From NCBI GenBank assembly GCA_020184695.1, contig JAANOX010000237.1, positions 168,675 to 232,674 of the forward strand: a stretch of 64,000 nucleotides of DNA, read 5' to 3'. Both the position numbers and the translations under genes were made by a program. Under the pieces are notes generated by a model. The model made no database searches, was not told the origin of the DNA, and worked only from the letters and a program-made list of their open reading frames with translations. This document shows, one piece after another, positions 33,084-42,642 of the stretch (within the stretch, counting starts at the first letter, position 1; each line of letters opens with the position of its first letter). Origin of the DNA: Histomonas meleagridis 2922-C6/04-290x. Lineage: Eukaryota > Protista > Parabasalia.

Positions 33084-35753
33084 TTAAGGATGTTCTATAT
33101 CATCAGGGATTTGTTTTCGAGGTGAGTATTGTTCCATTTGTTTTCTATTTTGTTCCATTTTAATCTTTTCATCTTCTTTAGCCTTCTTTAACAATTCATT
33201 TAATCTTGGTAAAATTTCTTCTTCAATAGGTTCAATCTTATCATTTAAACTTGCATTATTAGCCCCACCTTGCATATTCCTAAACTTCTTGAAAATATTA
33301 AGAGCATAAGTCATTTGTCCTTTCCATTTCTTTACAGTATTTGCCTTTAATTGTTTTACATTTGCTAATGCTCTAGGAGAAGATTGTGAAAGAACAACTT
33401 TATGTAAAGAAGACGCCAATAAATACCAATGATTTTGAATTTCAGGTCTTAACATACATAAAGTCTCTGAAATTTCGAGACATTTTTCGAAATCTTTTTT
33501 CCCTTTTGAAGCATAATAACTTTGGAAAAGTAAATTCACGTCAGTCTTATCGAAGAATTTCTTATTTGCATCTTCGAATTGACCCAAAGCAGAAGAATAA
33601 TTCTCTTCAGTCATATAAGCATGACCCAAATTCTCGAATGAACTTGATGAATCATCTCTATATTCCTTAATTAAGAACAATGATTCTTTAGCATCCTTTG
33701 TATGCCCGAGTAATAACCAACAAATTGCTAAACCATTAGCAGCTGCTACGCAATTATGATTTGATTTTAACGCATTAATGAAATGTTTTTTAGCGTTATC
33801 AATTCTTTTCTTTCTTTCGATTGGGTCATCTTTACTTTGTGCAGCCTCCAAAAAATAATTACCAATTGATACAGTTGCATATAATGAACCATCACCTTCT
33901 CCAGCGATTTCTTGAGCCTTTTGCATGTTCGATTGAGCTTCTTGTAATTGTTTTGAACGTGCATTAACTTCTGCAAGTTGAATCCACGCTTGAATATTTT
34001 TCGAATCGATTTCACGGACAACTGTTTCCAATAAGTTCTTCGCTTCTTTGTTAATAATATTTGGACGTGTATCTCTAACTACTAAAGAAGCAAGTTGTAA
34101 TAATGGCTCTGCGAAACTTGGGAAATCTTTATGTAATTGTTTATATATTTCACGCGCTTCAGAAAACATTAATAATTGTTCATAACATAATCCAATGTTA
34201 TATTTCAATAATGGTTGAGTTTGATCATTACATTTACGAAATATTTCTAACGCTTCATTATATTTTTCACGTTGATATTTCGATATTCCATGATACATGA
34301 ATATATTATCAGGTGGGACTTGTTCAATCGAATTATATATATTTATTGCCTTTTCAAAGTTAACTTCGGCTTTATCAAACATTAACTTCTTTAATGAGAT
34401 CCATCCAAATGTAATATATACCTTTAATAACTCTTCATTCTTAATAGGCCTTTTACTTGCTTCAGCACAAGTTATAGCTGCTTCCAAATATTTAATCGCA
34501 TCTCTTTGATAACGTTGTTGTTGATTTTTATCCTTTTGATATAACTCTGCATTAACAAGTCCTAATGCTGCATTAACTTCAAAGACGTCATGATATTCAC
34601 GTACTGATTTTTCTAAATATTCTAATGCGACTTTAGGTTCACCATTAGCAGCTGCAAATAATCCCAAGAAATAAAGTGCTGCATTATGTTTGGGATTAAA
34701 TTTGATCGCTTGTAGAAATGCTTCTTCTGCTCCTTTAAGTTTACCTGTTGCATGACGTGATCGCCCTAAATGATAAAATGCTTCAGCTTGAACTGCTTTA
34801 CTATTTCCGGGCGTACTAATTATCTTCTTGAATATCGGTGGGATTTTCTTATATTGCCCTGAGATAAAGCGAATTTCGGCCTTTAATAATAACGCTGGCG
34901 CAAAATCTGGTCGTTGTTTTAATACATTGTTCACATTCTGAACAGCACGAAGAGTTCCTTCTTGTGTTAAAGAGTTAAGTTCTATAAATCCAATGCCAAT
35001 TAACGCATATGGATTATCGGGAAACTTATGTAATAAGGCACTGAATGCTGCTTCGGCGTCGTCGTTCTTCTTTTGGGCTACGAGACATTGTGCAAGCGCA
35101 AGTCGGATTTGTGGTATCGCGCCACGATTTTTAAGAAATATCTTCTTGAAGATTTGAAACGCTTCGTCATATGACCCAAGCTGATAATAGACAAAGCCTA
35201 AGCCGATGTTGGTAAGAACAGAGAGGTCATATTGCGCATATTTCTTATCAATAGATCGATCTAATTCATCAGATATCCACGTGAAATGGCTTTTGGCCAT
35301 TTCGATGTCCTTTCGGTCGTGTTGCTGCTTCAGGATATGGCTGTAAGCCTTGGCAATTAACATTAATGGGGATCGTGGCTCTAATGAACCAGCTTCTTCG
35401 ATATGCGAATTTGCTCGGTCAAGATTCTCTTCAATGTCGATTCCTCTTGCGACTTTTTGGAGGTAAAAAAGGGCAAGATGGGATGGAAGAATGTTATATA
35501 TTTGTATCTTTTGATTTTTAGTAAGTTCGCTATAAACTGTCTTAAGGACATCTTCGAACATGTCCTCGTAGCCAGTGTGTAATAGAGCCATCGCAAGGAA
35601 ATCAATGGTTGTAACAGTAGAATCTTCCGCATTTTCAATAATGTAATCACTAAGTTCTTTGGCTTTGCTTTCGTCGGAAATGACATTACAGATTTCTTCA
35701 AACGTCATTTCTTTGATTTCCCCATCGAACCTGACTGAGAATATTTGGTTCAT
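33084..35753 (-). CDS. CTR9: PAF1-complex subunit CTR9 (TPR protein)
   Basis: Long TPR array; AEAFYHLGRSRHATG, YATVSIGNYF, NHNCVAAANGLAICW and FENLGHAYM motifs match CTR9. First in-frame ATG at 35753. Confidence 0.85.
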   Translation of the reverse strand: MNQIFSVRFDGEIKEMTFEEICNVISDESKAKELSDYIIENAEDSTVTTIDFLAMALLHTGYEDMFEDVLKTVYSELTKNQKIQIYNILPSHLALFYLQKVARGIDIEENLDRANSHIEEAGSLEPRSPLMLIAKAYSHILKQQHDRKDIEMAKSHFTWISDELDRSIDKKYAQYDLSVLTNIGLGFVYYQLGSYDEAFQIFKKIFLKNRGAIPQIRLALAQCLVAQKKNDDAEAAFSALLHKFPDNPYALIGIGFIELNSLTQEGTLRAVQNVNNVLKQRPDFAPALLLKAEIRFISGQYKKIPPIFKKIISTPGNSKAVQAEAFYHLGRSRHATGKLKGAEEAFLQAIKFNPKHNAALYFLGLFAAANGEPKVALEYLEKSVREYHDVFEVNAALGLVNAELYQKDKNQQQRYQRDAIKYLEAAITCAEASKRPIKNEELLKVYITFGWISLKKLMFDKAEVNFEKAINIYNSIEQVPPDNIFMYHGISKYQREKYNEALEIFRKCNDQTQPLLKYNIGLCYEQLLMFSEAREIYKQLHKDFPSFAEPLLQLASLVVRDTRPNIINKEAKNLLETVVREIDSKNIQAWIQLAEVNARSKQLQEAQSNMQKAQEIAGEGDGSLYATVSIGNYFLEAAQSKDDPIERKKRIDNAKKHFINALKSNHNCVAAANGLAICWLLLGHTKDAKESLFLIKEYRDDSSSSFENLGHAYMTEENYSSALGQFEDANKKFFDKTDVNLLFQSYYASKGKKDFEKCLEISETLCMLRPEIQNHWYLLASSLHKVVLSQSSPRALANVKQLKANTVKKWKGQMTYALNIFKKFRNMQGGANNASLNDKIEPIEEEILPRLNELLKKAKEDEKIKMEQNRKQMEQYSPRKQIPDDIEHP

Positions 35754-36383
35754 GATATTTTGGGGCAGCCGACCGATTGGAAAAGTGTCATTTGCATGGT
35801 CACTTTTTGGGGACGAACCCACCGAAAAAAATCCGTTATAAATCTAATAAACGATAGGAAAACGGGTGACCGTTTGTTAACATCAGCACTTTTTGGCGGT
35901 TGTGGCCAAAAAGCGACGGTTGGTGGTTTGGTGGCTTCAAGCAAAATGGGTAACAAAAGTTTTGCTTCAGCCACCAGAAAAGAGTTGGAAACAATTGAAA
36001 CAAGATAGAAATGAAACTCTAGCTGTAGTTATACGGTTGGTTCTTTGGAATAATTCCAGAAGCTTTTGTAAATGGAACAAAGCAAATGGACTGAGTCAAT
36101 GACCAAAGATACAAAATAAAGTACGACATAACGGTTTGTTAGAAATTTCTAAACGGTAAAATGTTTACGCGATTTATTTGTTTGTCGTTACATCATCTGC
36201 AAACGGACATTTAAATTCAGAGTGTTGTTGATGTGGTTCTGCTGAATTTCGTATAATTAATTTATAAATTTGAGATCTGTCGGACAGTGATGAACGAAGA
36301 AAATTGTTGCGATGTTTTGAGAGTAACAAAATAGAGATAACATTTGGATTCAAATCATGAAAAAAAGTGAAATATAAATGAGT

Positions 36384-36848
36384 TTACTTCTTACGTTCAA
36401 CACCAACTGCAACACCACGGCGGCCTGTTGATTTAGTGCATTGACCACGAACCTTAAGGCCAAGGCTATGACGAATACCGCGCTTCATCCTCATCTTCTT
36501 CATGCGTTCAATTTCATTACGGTGATTAGATGAAAGATCAGTAGATGCCCATTGGAGGTTCTTTCCTGTTGCACGATCATTTCGACGGTTAAGCATCCAA
36601 ACTGGAATGCCATTTTCAACTGGGTTTTGGATGATTGCAACAATACGTTCTTCTTCTTGTGATGTGAGTGTACCAGCGCGTTTGAGTGGATCAAGACCAG
36701 CACGACGTGCAACTGCATGAGCAAATCTGCGGCCAAGACCAGCAATAGCTGTAAGTGCCAAGTAAAGTGGCTTGCGACCATCGACGTTTGTTGAGAGCAT
36801 ACGGACCATATCACGAAAAGCTGAAGGATCTGTAACTTCGAGAGGCAT
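36384..36848 (-). CDS. RPS18: 40S ribosomal protein S18 (uS13)
   Basis: LALTAIAGLGRRFA, IPVWMLNRRND, RGIRHSLGLKVRGQCTKSTGRRG. Confidence 0.97.
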   Translation of the reverse strand: MPLEVTDPSAFRDMVRMLSTNVDGRKPLYLALTAIAGLGRRFAHAVARRAGLDPLKRAGTLTSQEEERIVAIIQNPVENGIPVWMLNRRNDRATGKNLQWASTDLSSNHRNEIERMKKMRMKRGIRHSLGLKVRGQCTKSTGRRGVAVGVERKK

Positions 36849-36854
36849 GATACC

Positions 36855-36872
36855 AAAGGTCGGCCAAACCGC
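36855..36872 (-). promoter_or_regulatory. M3 (GCGGTT) plus M5 (CCTTT) core-promoter motifs of RPS18
   Basis: Minus strand GCGGTTtggccgaCCTTTggtatcATG; same layout as at RPL37A and RPS15A; motifs established for Trichomonas vaginalis ribosomal-protein promoters. Confidence 0.75.
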
Positions 36873-38649
36873 CCCAGAATGTAAAAAGTGACAATAGTCC
36901 AGGGTACCCCAAATCCAACCGTTTAAAGTGGTGAATGAGTACGATAGATTTTTTCAACAATTGTTGCATTGAATACAACAAATCAAAAAAAGAATAAAGT
37001 TTGTGTGTTTATTATAAGTTTATAAATTAAACAATTGTGCTGTGAATAACTAGACAAGGCACAGAGGGACTAAAATTAGTAAATGGTTGTTGATTCAGAA
37101 TGTCCATCTCGAATTTTAAGAATTGAACAGTGAGCGATTGCTTGTACAATCGCTAGAAACAAGAAGATTCTCAGCTGAAGCACCAGCAAGCATTCTCTGA
37201 AATCCATTATTTGAACGAGTTCTAATTTGGCGACAAATAGGGACAAACAAAAATAAAAATATCTCACAAAATTCATATATCATTAGAACCAAATTAGAAA
37301 CTTCTCATTAATTTTATTCATTGGTAATTATATATAAATCGTGTCTTGTTTATCAAATTATTACATGTACTTTTTTATTAAAATGATTAGGGTCAAAAAA
37401 TAAAACTGATGTCGCCGGTGTGTTTTCGAGATTAGAGTTGACAAAGCTCCAGCAAACGAAAGTTACAACATTCTCACCAATTCGAACTTTACTTTCCGAG
37501 CACTACAAATCGACTGGCTTCAAAAAGAAGTTTTAACCATTCAATCAAATTTTATATCAGCATCTAATATATCTTCATTTTTTGCATTCTGATTATTTTA
37601 AAAATTATACTCTCGATTTATTTAAAATTGGAAACAAAATTCTATCTGATTTAGTGATTTTTCAATTAATAAGAAAATTGACTTATCTGAACTATTAATA
37701 CTATATATTAAACTCGACTTGCGATTTCCACCCTTCCTATATATCGATCATCCTACGATCTTGATATCATGAATATATAATATATATACATAGTTGCATC
37801 TATGATTAATAAAAAACTAAGAATAATATCATGATTAGCACGAGATAAATTTATTCTTTCATTCCAAAAAGTGCCAAAAATCGACTTTTGCATGGTTTAC
37901 ATTGAACGATAACAACAAATGACGATAGGAGTGAATTTGAATGACGGTAAATATTATCAAAATTTTACCCTTTATTCGATAAGATACGTTGTTTGTTTCT
38001 TCTATTGTAATTTCTCAACAGCCAACTTAAATGATTGTTAGGTTGTTAAGAAATAGAAATATTGAAATTTTATCATAAAATCGTGATTTGTTATTTATTC
38101 CAAAATTTTATATGAAATCTTGAATTTATGAATTCAATGAAAAAATGATTGATATCATAATTTTCGTGATACCTTAATGATGTACTTATTTAACCTGTTA
38201 ATAATTTATAATCAATAAAATAGTTTCTGTGTAAGTACATATTCTTGAAATATCTTGAAACAAACGATACATTTTTTTCTGAAAAAACGATTCTAGATCA
38301 TTGGTATTATTTGATTGAGAAAAAAATAAATCCAACTTTGATAAATTATGAGTTATGCTTTTATATATATCCTAATTTTTAAATTCTTCTTCTTTATATT
38401 TTGTAAAAATATCATTAATTTAGATATTTAAAATTGAAGAAATATAAAATAAGTTGTATAAACTATTATATAATTATAATATAATAATTATAAATTTTTC
38501 ATGAATAGCTCTTATATAAAGTTTCATATGGAAATTATATTTATTATCTTTTTGTAAATTTATTATTTTGCATCATTTTGAAATATTTAAAAATTAATTC
38601 AAGTACTATTGTACTTCGGGAATACTTGTAATTAATAAATCACAAAAAA

Positions 38650-38958
38650 CAATTGAATCTGCTGGTGATACTTAGGTACCTTTTATAATTTCAAAAATAA
38701 AGACCCTCGATAATAAATTAATAATAAGTGGTATTCGTGAAGGCGAATTTCATTTACAGGTATCAGGAATCAGCTTTTGTTAAAAAAGAAATATTTGGGG
38801 AATATATTAGATTAGTAATATTTTTATATATTGATGAATTAAGAAAAAATAATGATTTTAGGAACGAGAAAGCTGTTATTTTATGTGATAATTGTTCATC
38901 ACATATCGGTGAGGGTATAATATTAATCAAATTTCATGCGTTGATAATAATATGTTAA
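38650..38958 (+). mobile_element. Degenerate fragment of a DDE_1 (pogo/Tc1-like) transposase
   Basis: SAFVKKEIFGEYI...NEKAVILCDNCSSH resembles the second-Asp motif (L.LDN.SSH) of DDE_1 transposases; truncated, no TIRs seen. Confidence 0.55.
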
Positions 38959-39009
38959 AACAAGGTGAATTTAGTAAATGTTTATTTCAATATTTAAATA
39001 TTTTCTTTT

Positions 39010-39660
39010 TTATCCTTGTGAATCTTTTAATTTTATTATGTCGTCACATTTATGATGTTGAATTTGGTCTACAAATAATCGAATAATTTCTGTATTTTTC
39101 TTTTATGATGTTATCATAAGCGCTGTTTTATATGTTTATAAGTAATTCCAAATGTTTATATGAAATGTCATATTTTTTTAAAATATTTTAAATAAAACAA
39201 AGAAATATTTTTAACATCGATATCAATATTCTCTTGTTCAAGAAGTAATTTAACTATTTCTGTATAATCTTTTTCAGATGCTTTAATAAGTACTGTTCCA
39301 AATAATTTAAATGATTTCCAAATATTATTATAAAATTAAAAATTATTAAAATTTATTTTAAATAAAACAAATAAATATTTTTAGCATTAATATCAATTCC
39401 TTTTTGTTCAAGAAGTAATTTAAATATTTCTTTGTAACCATTTCGAGATGCATAAATAAGTGCTGTTATAAATAATTTAAATAATTTCCAAATATTATTT
39501 TGAAATATAAAATTATTAAAATAAATTTTAAATAAAACAAATAAATATCTTTAGCATTAACATCAATTCCTTTTTGTAAGAGAAGAACTTTTGTAACTTC
39601 AGAATGACCTTGGCGTGTTGCCCAGTGAAGTGCTGTTTCATTAATTTTATTTTAATTCCA
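39010..39660 (-). pseudogene. 5'-truncated ankyrin-repeat relic with 13 17-nt units
   Basis: Clusters 39470-39546, 39300-39376 and 39130-39206 (170-bp period) restore KDKYGITAL, KNKLGGTVL and KNKDGKTAL; one further unit at 39640-39656; in-frame TAA in the last repeat; no start found. Confidence 0.8.
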
Positions 39661-39753
39661 AAAAAATATATAAGAGGTTCTAAGAGTAAAAAATAATTTA
39701 TTACCACTTACAATTGGCGGGTTTTTGAAATTGAGAGTCTTTGTTCAGATAGA

Positions 39754-40278
39754 ATGAGCAATAGCTCAATTGCAAGCGAAACAGCAGAATATATGGTCAA
39801 AAAAGGTGTATCAAATCACCTTCAATCTCGCTATCAAGAAGAATTGTCAAAAGCCATTAATAGTTCAAATTCATTTTTTTTTTCAAAGATGAAATCCAAA
39901 TGCAAAATTAGAAATAATAAATCCTGGGATATGGCATACAGACTTGTGGCTTCCTTCCTTAGAGATTATCAAATGACATCAACAATAAATACAGTTCAAT
40001 TAGAATTAGGCAACAAACTTGACTTCCTTAATTTAGAATTGGAAAACTCGGAAATGCCATTCGATTTCTTTTCAGAAATTATCCAAAGCGTGCCAGTACC
40101 AACAACTTTTCAAGAAAGAGTACAAGAATTTTCAGAAAATCAATCTATTTCCACTGAACAAATTGAAGATGACACACCCAAAGAAATAATACCTCACAAG
40201 AAAACAGTTAAAGATATATTCCCTGATGTTGACTCAAGTGATGATCAATTTCCTTTTTCTTCTGATAATTCGTTTTAG
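39754..40278 (+). CDS. LisH/FOP-like protein (174 aa)
   Basis: YRLVASFLRDYQMTSTINTVQLE fits a LisH pattern, preceded by a FOP-like helix (GVSNHLQSRYQEEL). Confidence 0.6.
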   Translation: MSNSSIASETAEYMVKKGVSNHLQSRYQEELSKAINSSNSFFFSKMKSKCKIRNNKSWDMAYRLVASFLRDYQMTSTINTVQLELGNKLDFLNLELENSEMPFDFFSEIIQSVPVPTTFQERVQEFSENQSISTEQIEDDTPKEIIPHKKTVKDIFPDVDSSDDQFPFSSDNSF

Positions 40279-40788
40279 ACTATTTTATTCTAGATATTCG
40301 CAGCTCTTCTATGCATGTTTGCCGCTTCATTTTTACTCATAACAACAACTTAATTTATACTAATAAACCTTGTTTTTCAATGAACAATTTTCCTTACATA
40401 ATCTATGCAAAAACACCCAAAGGCATTTTGTTTTTGGCTTGAGTTGTATAACATTGCCAAATTTTTCATGTATTGTAATTCTTCCAATGATAAATTAATT
40501 TTGGAAGAATCGAATTTCTTTTGGTTAAATGATTTAACGTCATACAACAAACAAGTAATTATTTGGTAATTTAATTCTTTTTAAACATTTCGTATCATTT
40601 TATCATTAAAAAAGAATCATTTCTATCAATACACAGAAAAATAAATAGCTATTCAAAAGAAAATTAAAAAAGCTTTAATTATACAATTTTTACACGTAAA
40701 AGGAGGAAGAAAATGTAAAAGAACGAAATAAATTTCCTAACAAAATTCAGAGACTTTTGAATTTTGTGAGTATCATCCCTTCACTTTT

Positions 40789-42453
40789 ATGCAAAAGGCT
40801 TGGTGGAAAGAAGCTGTTGTTTACCAAATTTATCCAAGAAGTTTTATGGACTCAAACGGTGATGGAATTGGCGATTTGAAAGGAATTACTTCAAAACTTG
40901 ATTATCTAAAAAATCTTGGTATTGATGTTGTCTGGCTATCTCCTTGTTATAAATCTCCAAATGATGACAATGGATATGACATATCTGATTACAGGGATAT
41001 AATGACCGATTTTGGAACTTTTGCAGATTGGGAAGAAATGATTTCTGAAATGCATAAAAGAGGAATTAAACTAGTAATGGACCTTGTAGTTAATCACACC
41101 TCTGACGAGCATCCATGGTTCATTGAATCTCGAAGTTCACGAGATTCACCAAAACGTGATTATTACATTTGGCGTCCAGGACATGATGGAAAGCCTCCAA
41201 ACAACTGGACTTCTTTTTTTAGCGGCCCTGCATGGGAATATGATGAACATACTGAAGAATATTATCTACATTTATTTACAAAAAAGCAGCCAGATTTAAA
41301 TTGGGAGAACCCTACAGTTCGCGAGGAGGTATATTCAATCGTCAAATTCTGGCTTGATCATGGTGTTGATGGTTTTCGTATGGATGTCATTTCATTAATA
41401 TCCAAAGTTGAAGGACTTCCTGATGGCCATGACACCAAATCCCTTCTTGTTGGTTCTGAGAACTATGCGCATGGTCCACGTGTTCATGAGTTTCTCAATG
41501 AAATGAATTCACGTGTTCTTAGCAAATACGACATCATGACAGTTGGTGAAACTGCATTTGTCACACCAGAAGAAGCCGTCAAGTACACCGATCCAGATCG
41601 TCATGAGTTAAACATGGTGTTCCAATTCGAGTTGATGGGAATTGACAACGAAAACGATAAATGGTTTATCAAAAAGTGGAAGCTAAGTGACTTAAAGGCA
41701 GTTCAAACCAAATGGCAGACTGCTCTTAATGGCAAGTGCTGGAATAGTCTTTATTTAAGTAACCATGATCAACCTCGCTGTGTTTCAAGATTTGGAAATG
41801 ATTCGCCAGAATTCCGAAAGATTAGTGCAAAAATGCTTGCAACAATGAACCATACTCTACAAGGAACTCCATACATATACCAAGGAGAAGAACTTGGTAT
41901 GACTAATGTTTTATTTGATGACATCAATGATTACAAAGATGTAGAAATTCATAACTTCTGGAAAGAATACGTATTAACAGGCAAAATGGATAAGGATAAA
42001 GTCATGGAAGCTATCCATTACATGGGTAGAGACAATGCTAGGACACCAATGCAATGGGACGATTCAAATAATGCAGGATTTACAACTGGTACTCCATGGA
42101 TAAAAGTTAACCCGAATTACAAAGAGATTAATGCAAAGGAATCTCTTTCTGACAAAGATTCAATTTTTTATTATTATCAAAAATTAATACAATTGCGACA
42201 TAAGTATGACATATTTGTATATGGTGACTACACTGCTTATTACCCAGATGATGAGAACTTATATGTATACACCAGGTGTTTCGAAGGACATATCTTATTT
42301 GTTGCATTAAACTTTAGAAATGGAACATTTGACTTGGAGATTCCAGAAGGTGTTGATTTGACTGGTGCTGTTCTTCTAATATCTAATTATCCAAATGGAG
42401 ATAACATCCCCAATAAGCTCAGACCTTATGAAGCTGTTGTTTACTATAAGTAA
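40789..42453 (+). CDS. GH13 oligo-1,6-glucosidase / alpha-glucosidase (MalL-like)
   Basis: WWKEAVVYQIYPRSF, DLVVNHTSDEH, QPDLNWEN, GFRMDVI, GE, NHDQPR and RDNARTPMQW conserved regions. Confidence 0.95.
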   Translation: MQKAWWKEAVVYQIYPRSFMDSNGDGIGDLKGITSKLDYLKNLGIDVVWLSPCYKSPNDDNGYDISDYRDIMTDFGTFADWEEMISEMHKRGIKLVMDLVVNHTSDEHPWFIESRSSRDSPKRDYYIWRPGHDGKPPNNWTSFFSGPAWEYDEHTEEYYLHLFTKKQPDLNWENPTVREEVYSIVKFWLDHGVDGFRMDVISLISKVEGLPDGHDTKSLLVGSENYAHGPRVHEFLNEMNSRVLSKYDIMTVGETAFVTPEEAVKYTDPDRHELNMVFQFELMGIDNENDKWFIKKWKLSDLKAVQTKWQTALNGKCWNSLYLSNHDQPRCVSRFGNDSPEFRKISAKMLATMNHTLQGTPYIYQGEELGMTNVLFDDINDYKDVEIHNFWKEYVLTGKMDKDKVMEAIHYMGRDNARTPMQWDDSNNAGFTTGTPWIKVNPNYKEINAKESLSDKDSIFYYYQKLIQLRHKYDIFVYGDYTAYYPDDENLYVYTRCFEGHILFVALNFRNGTFDLEIPEGVDLTGAVLLISNYPNGDNIPNKLRPYEAVVYYK

Positions 42454-42642
42454 ATGTTCCATATTTATCTTTTTAACACTGTATAGATGATTAATCTTCT
42501 TTCGATGTTTATGATTCGATTTTGCGAAACTATATTTTAAAATTGAATTAACTATGTGAATTTTTTGTGAATATAAAATATGAAACCGTTATTTCAAGGT
42601 GATTTGTAAATTAATGAATTATCTCATCGTTCAGATAAATTA

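Noticed and set aside
39470-39546. Each ankyrin insert as one canonical GT-AG intron
   Set aside because: Many inserts contain no GT. Where GT and the ACAG of the Thr-Ala codons exist, the phases do not match (donor phase 2, acceptor phase 1) and the loop Gly would be lost. Two units can be stretched to 19-nt GT-AG, but that breaks the frame.
31236-42453. Bacterial contamination or chimeric contig (fumarase, GH13)
   Set aside because: Both genes are isolated among eukaryotic genes with host-like codon use and no operon context; fumarase has an Inr at its ATG.
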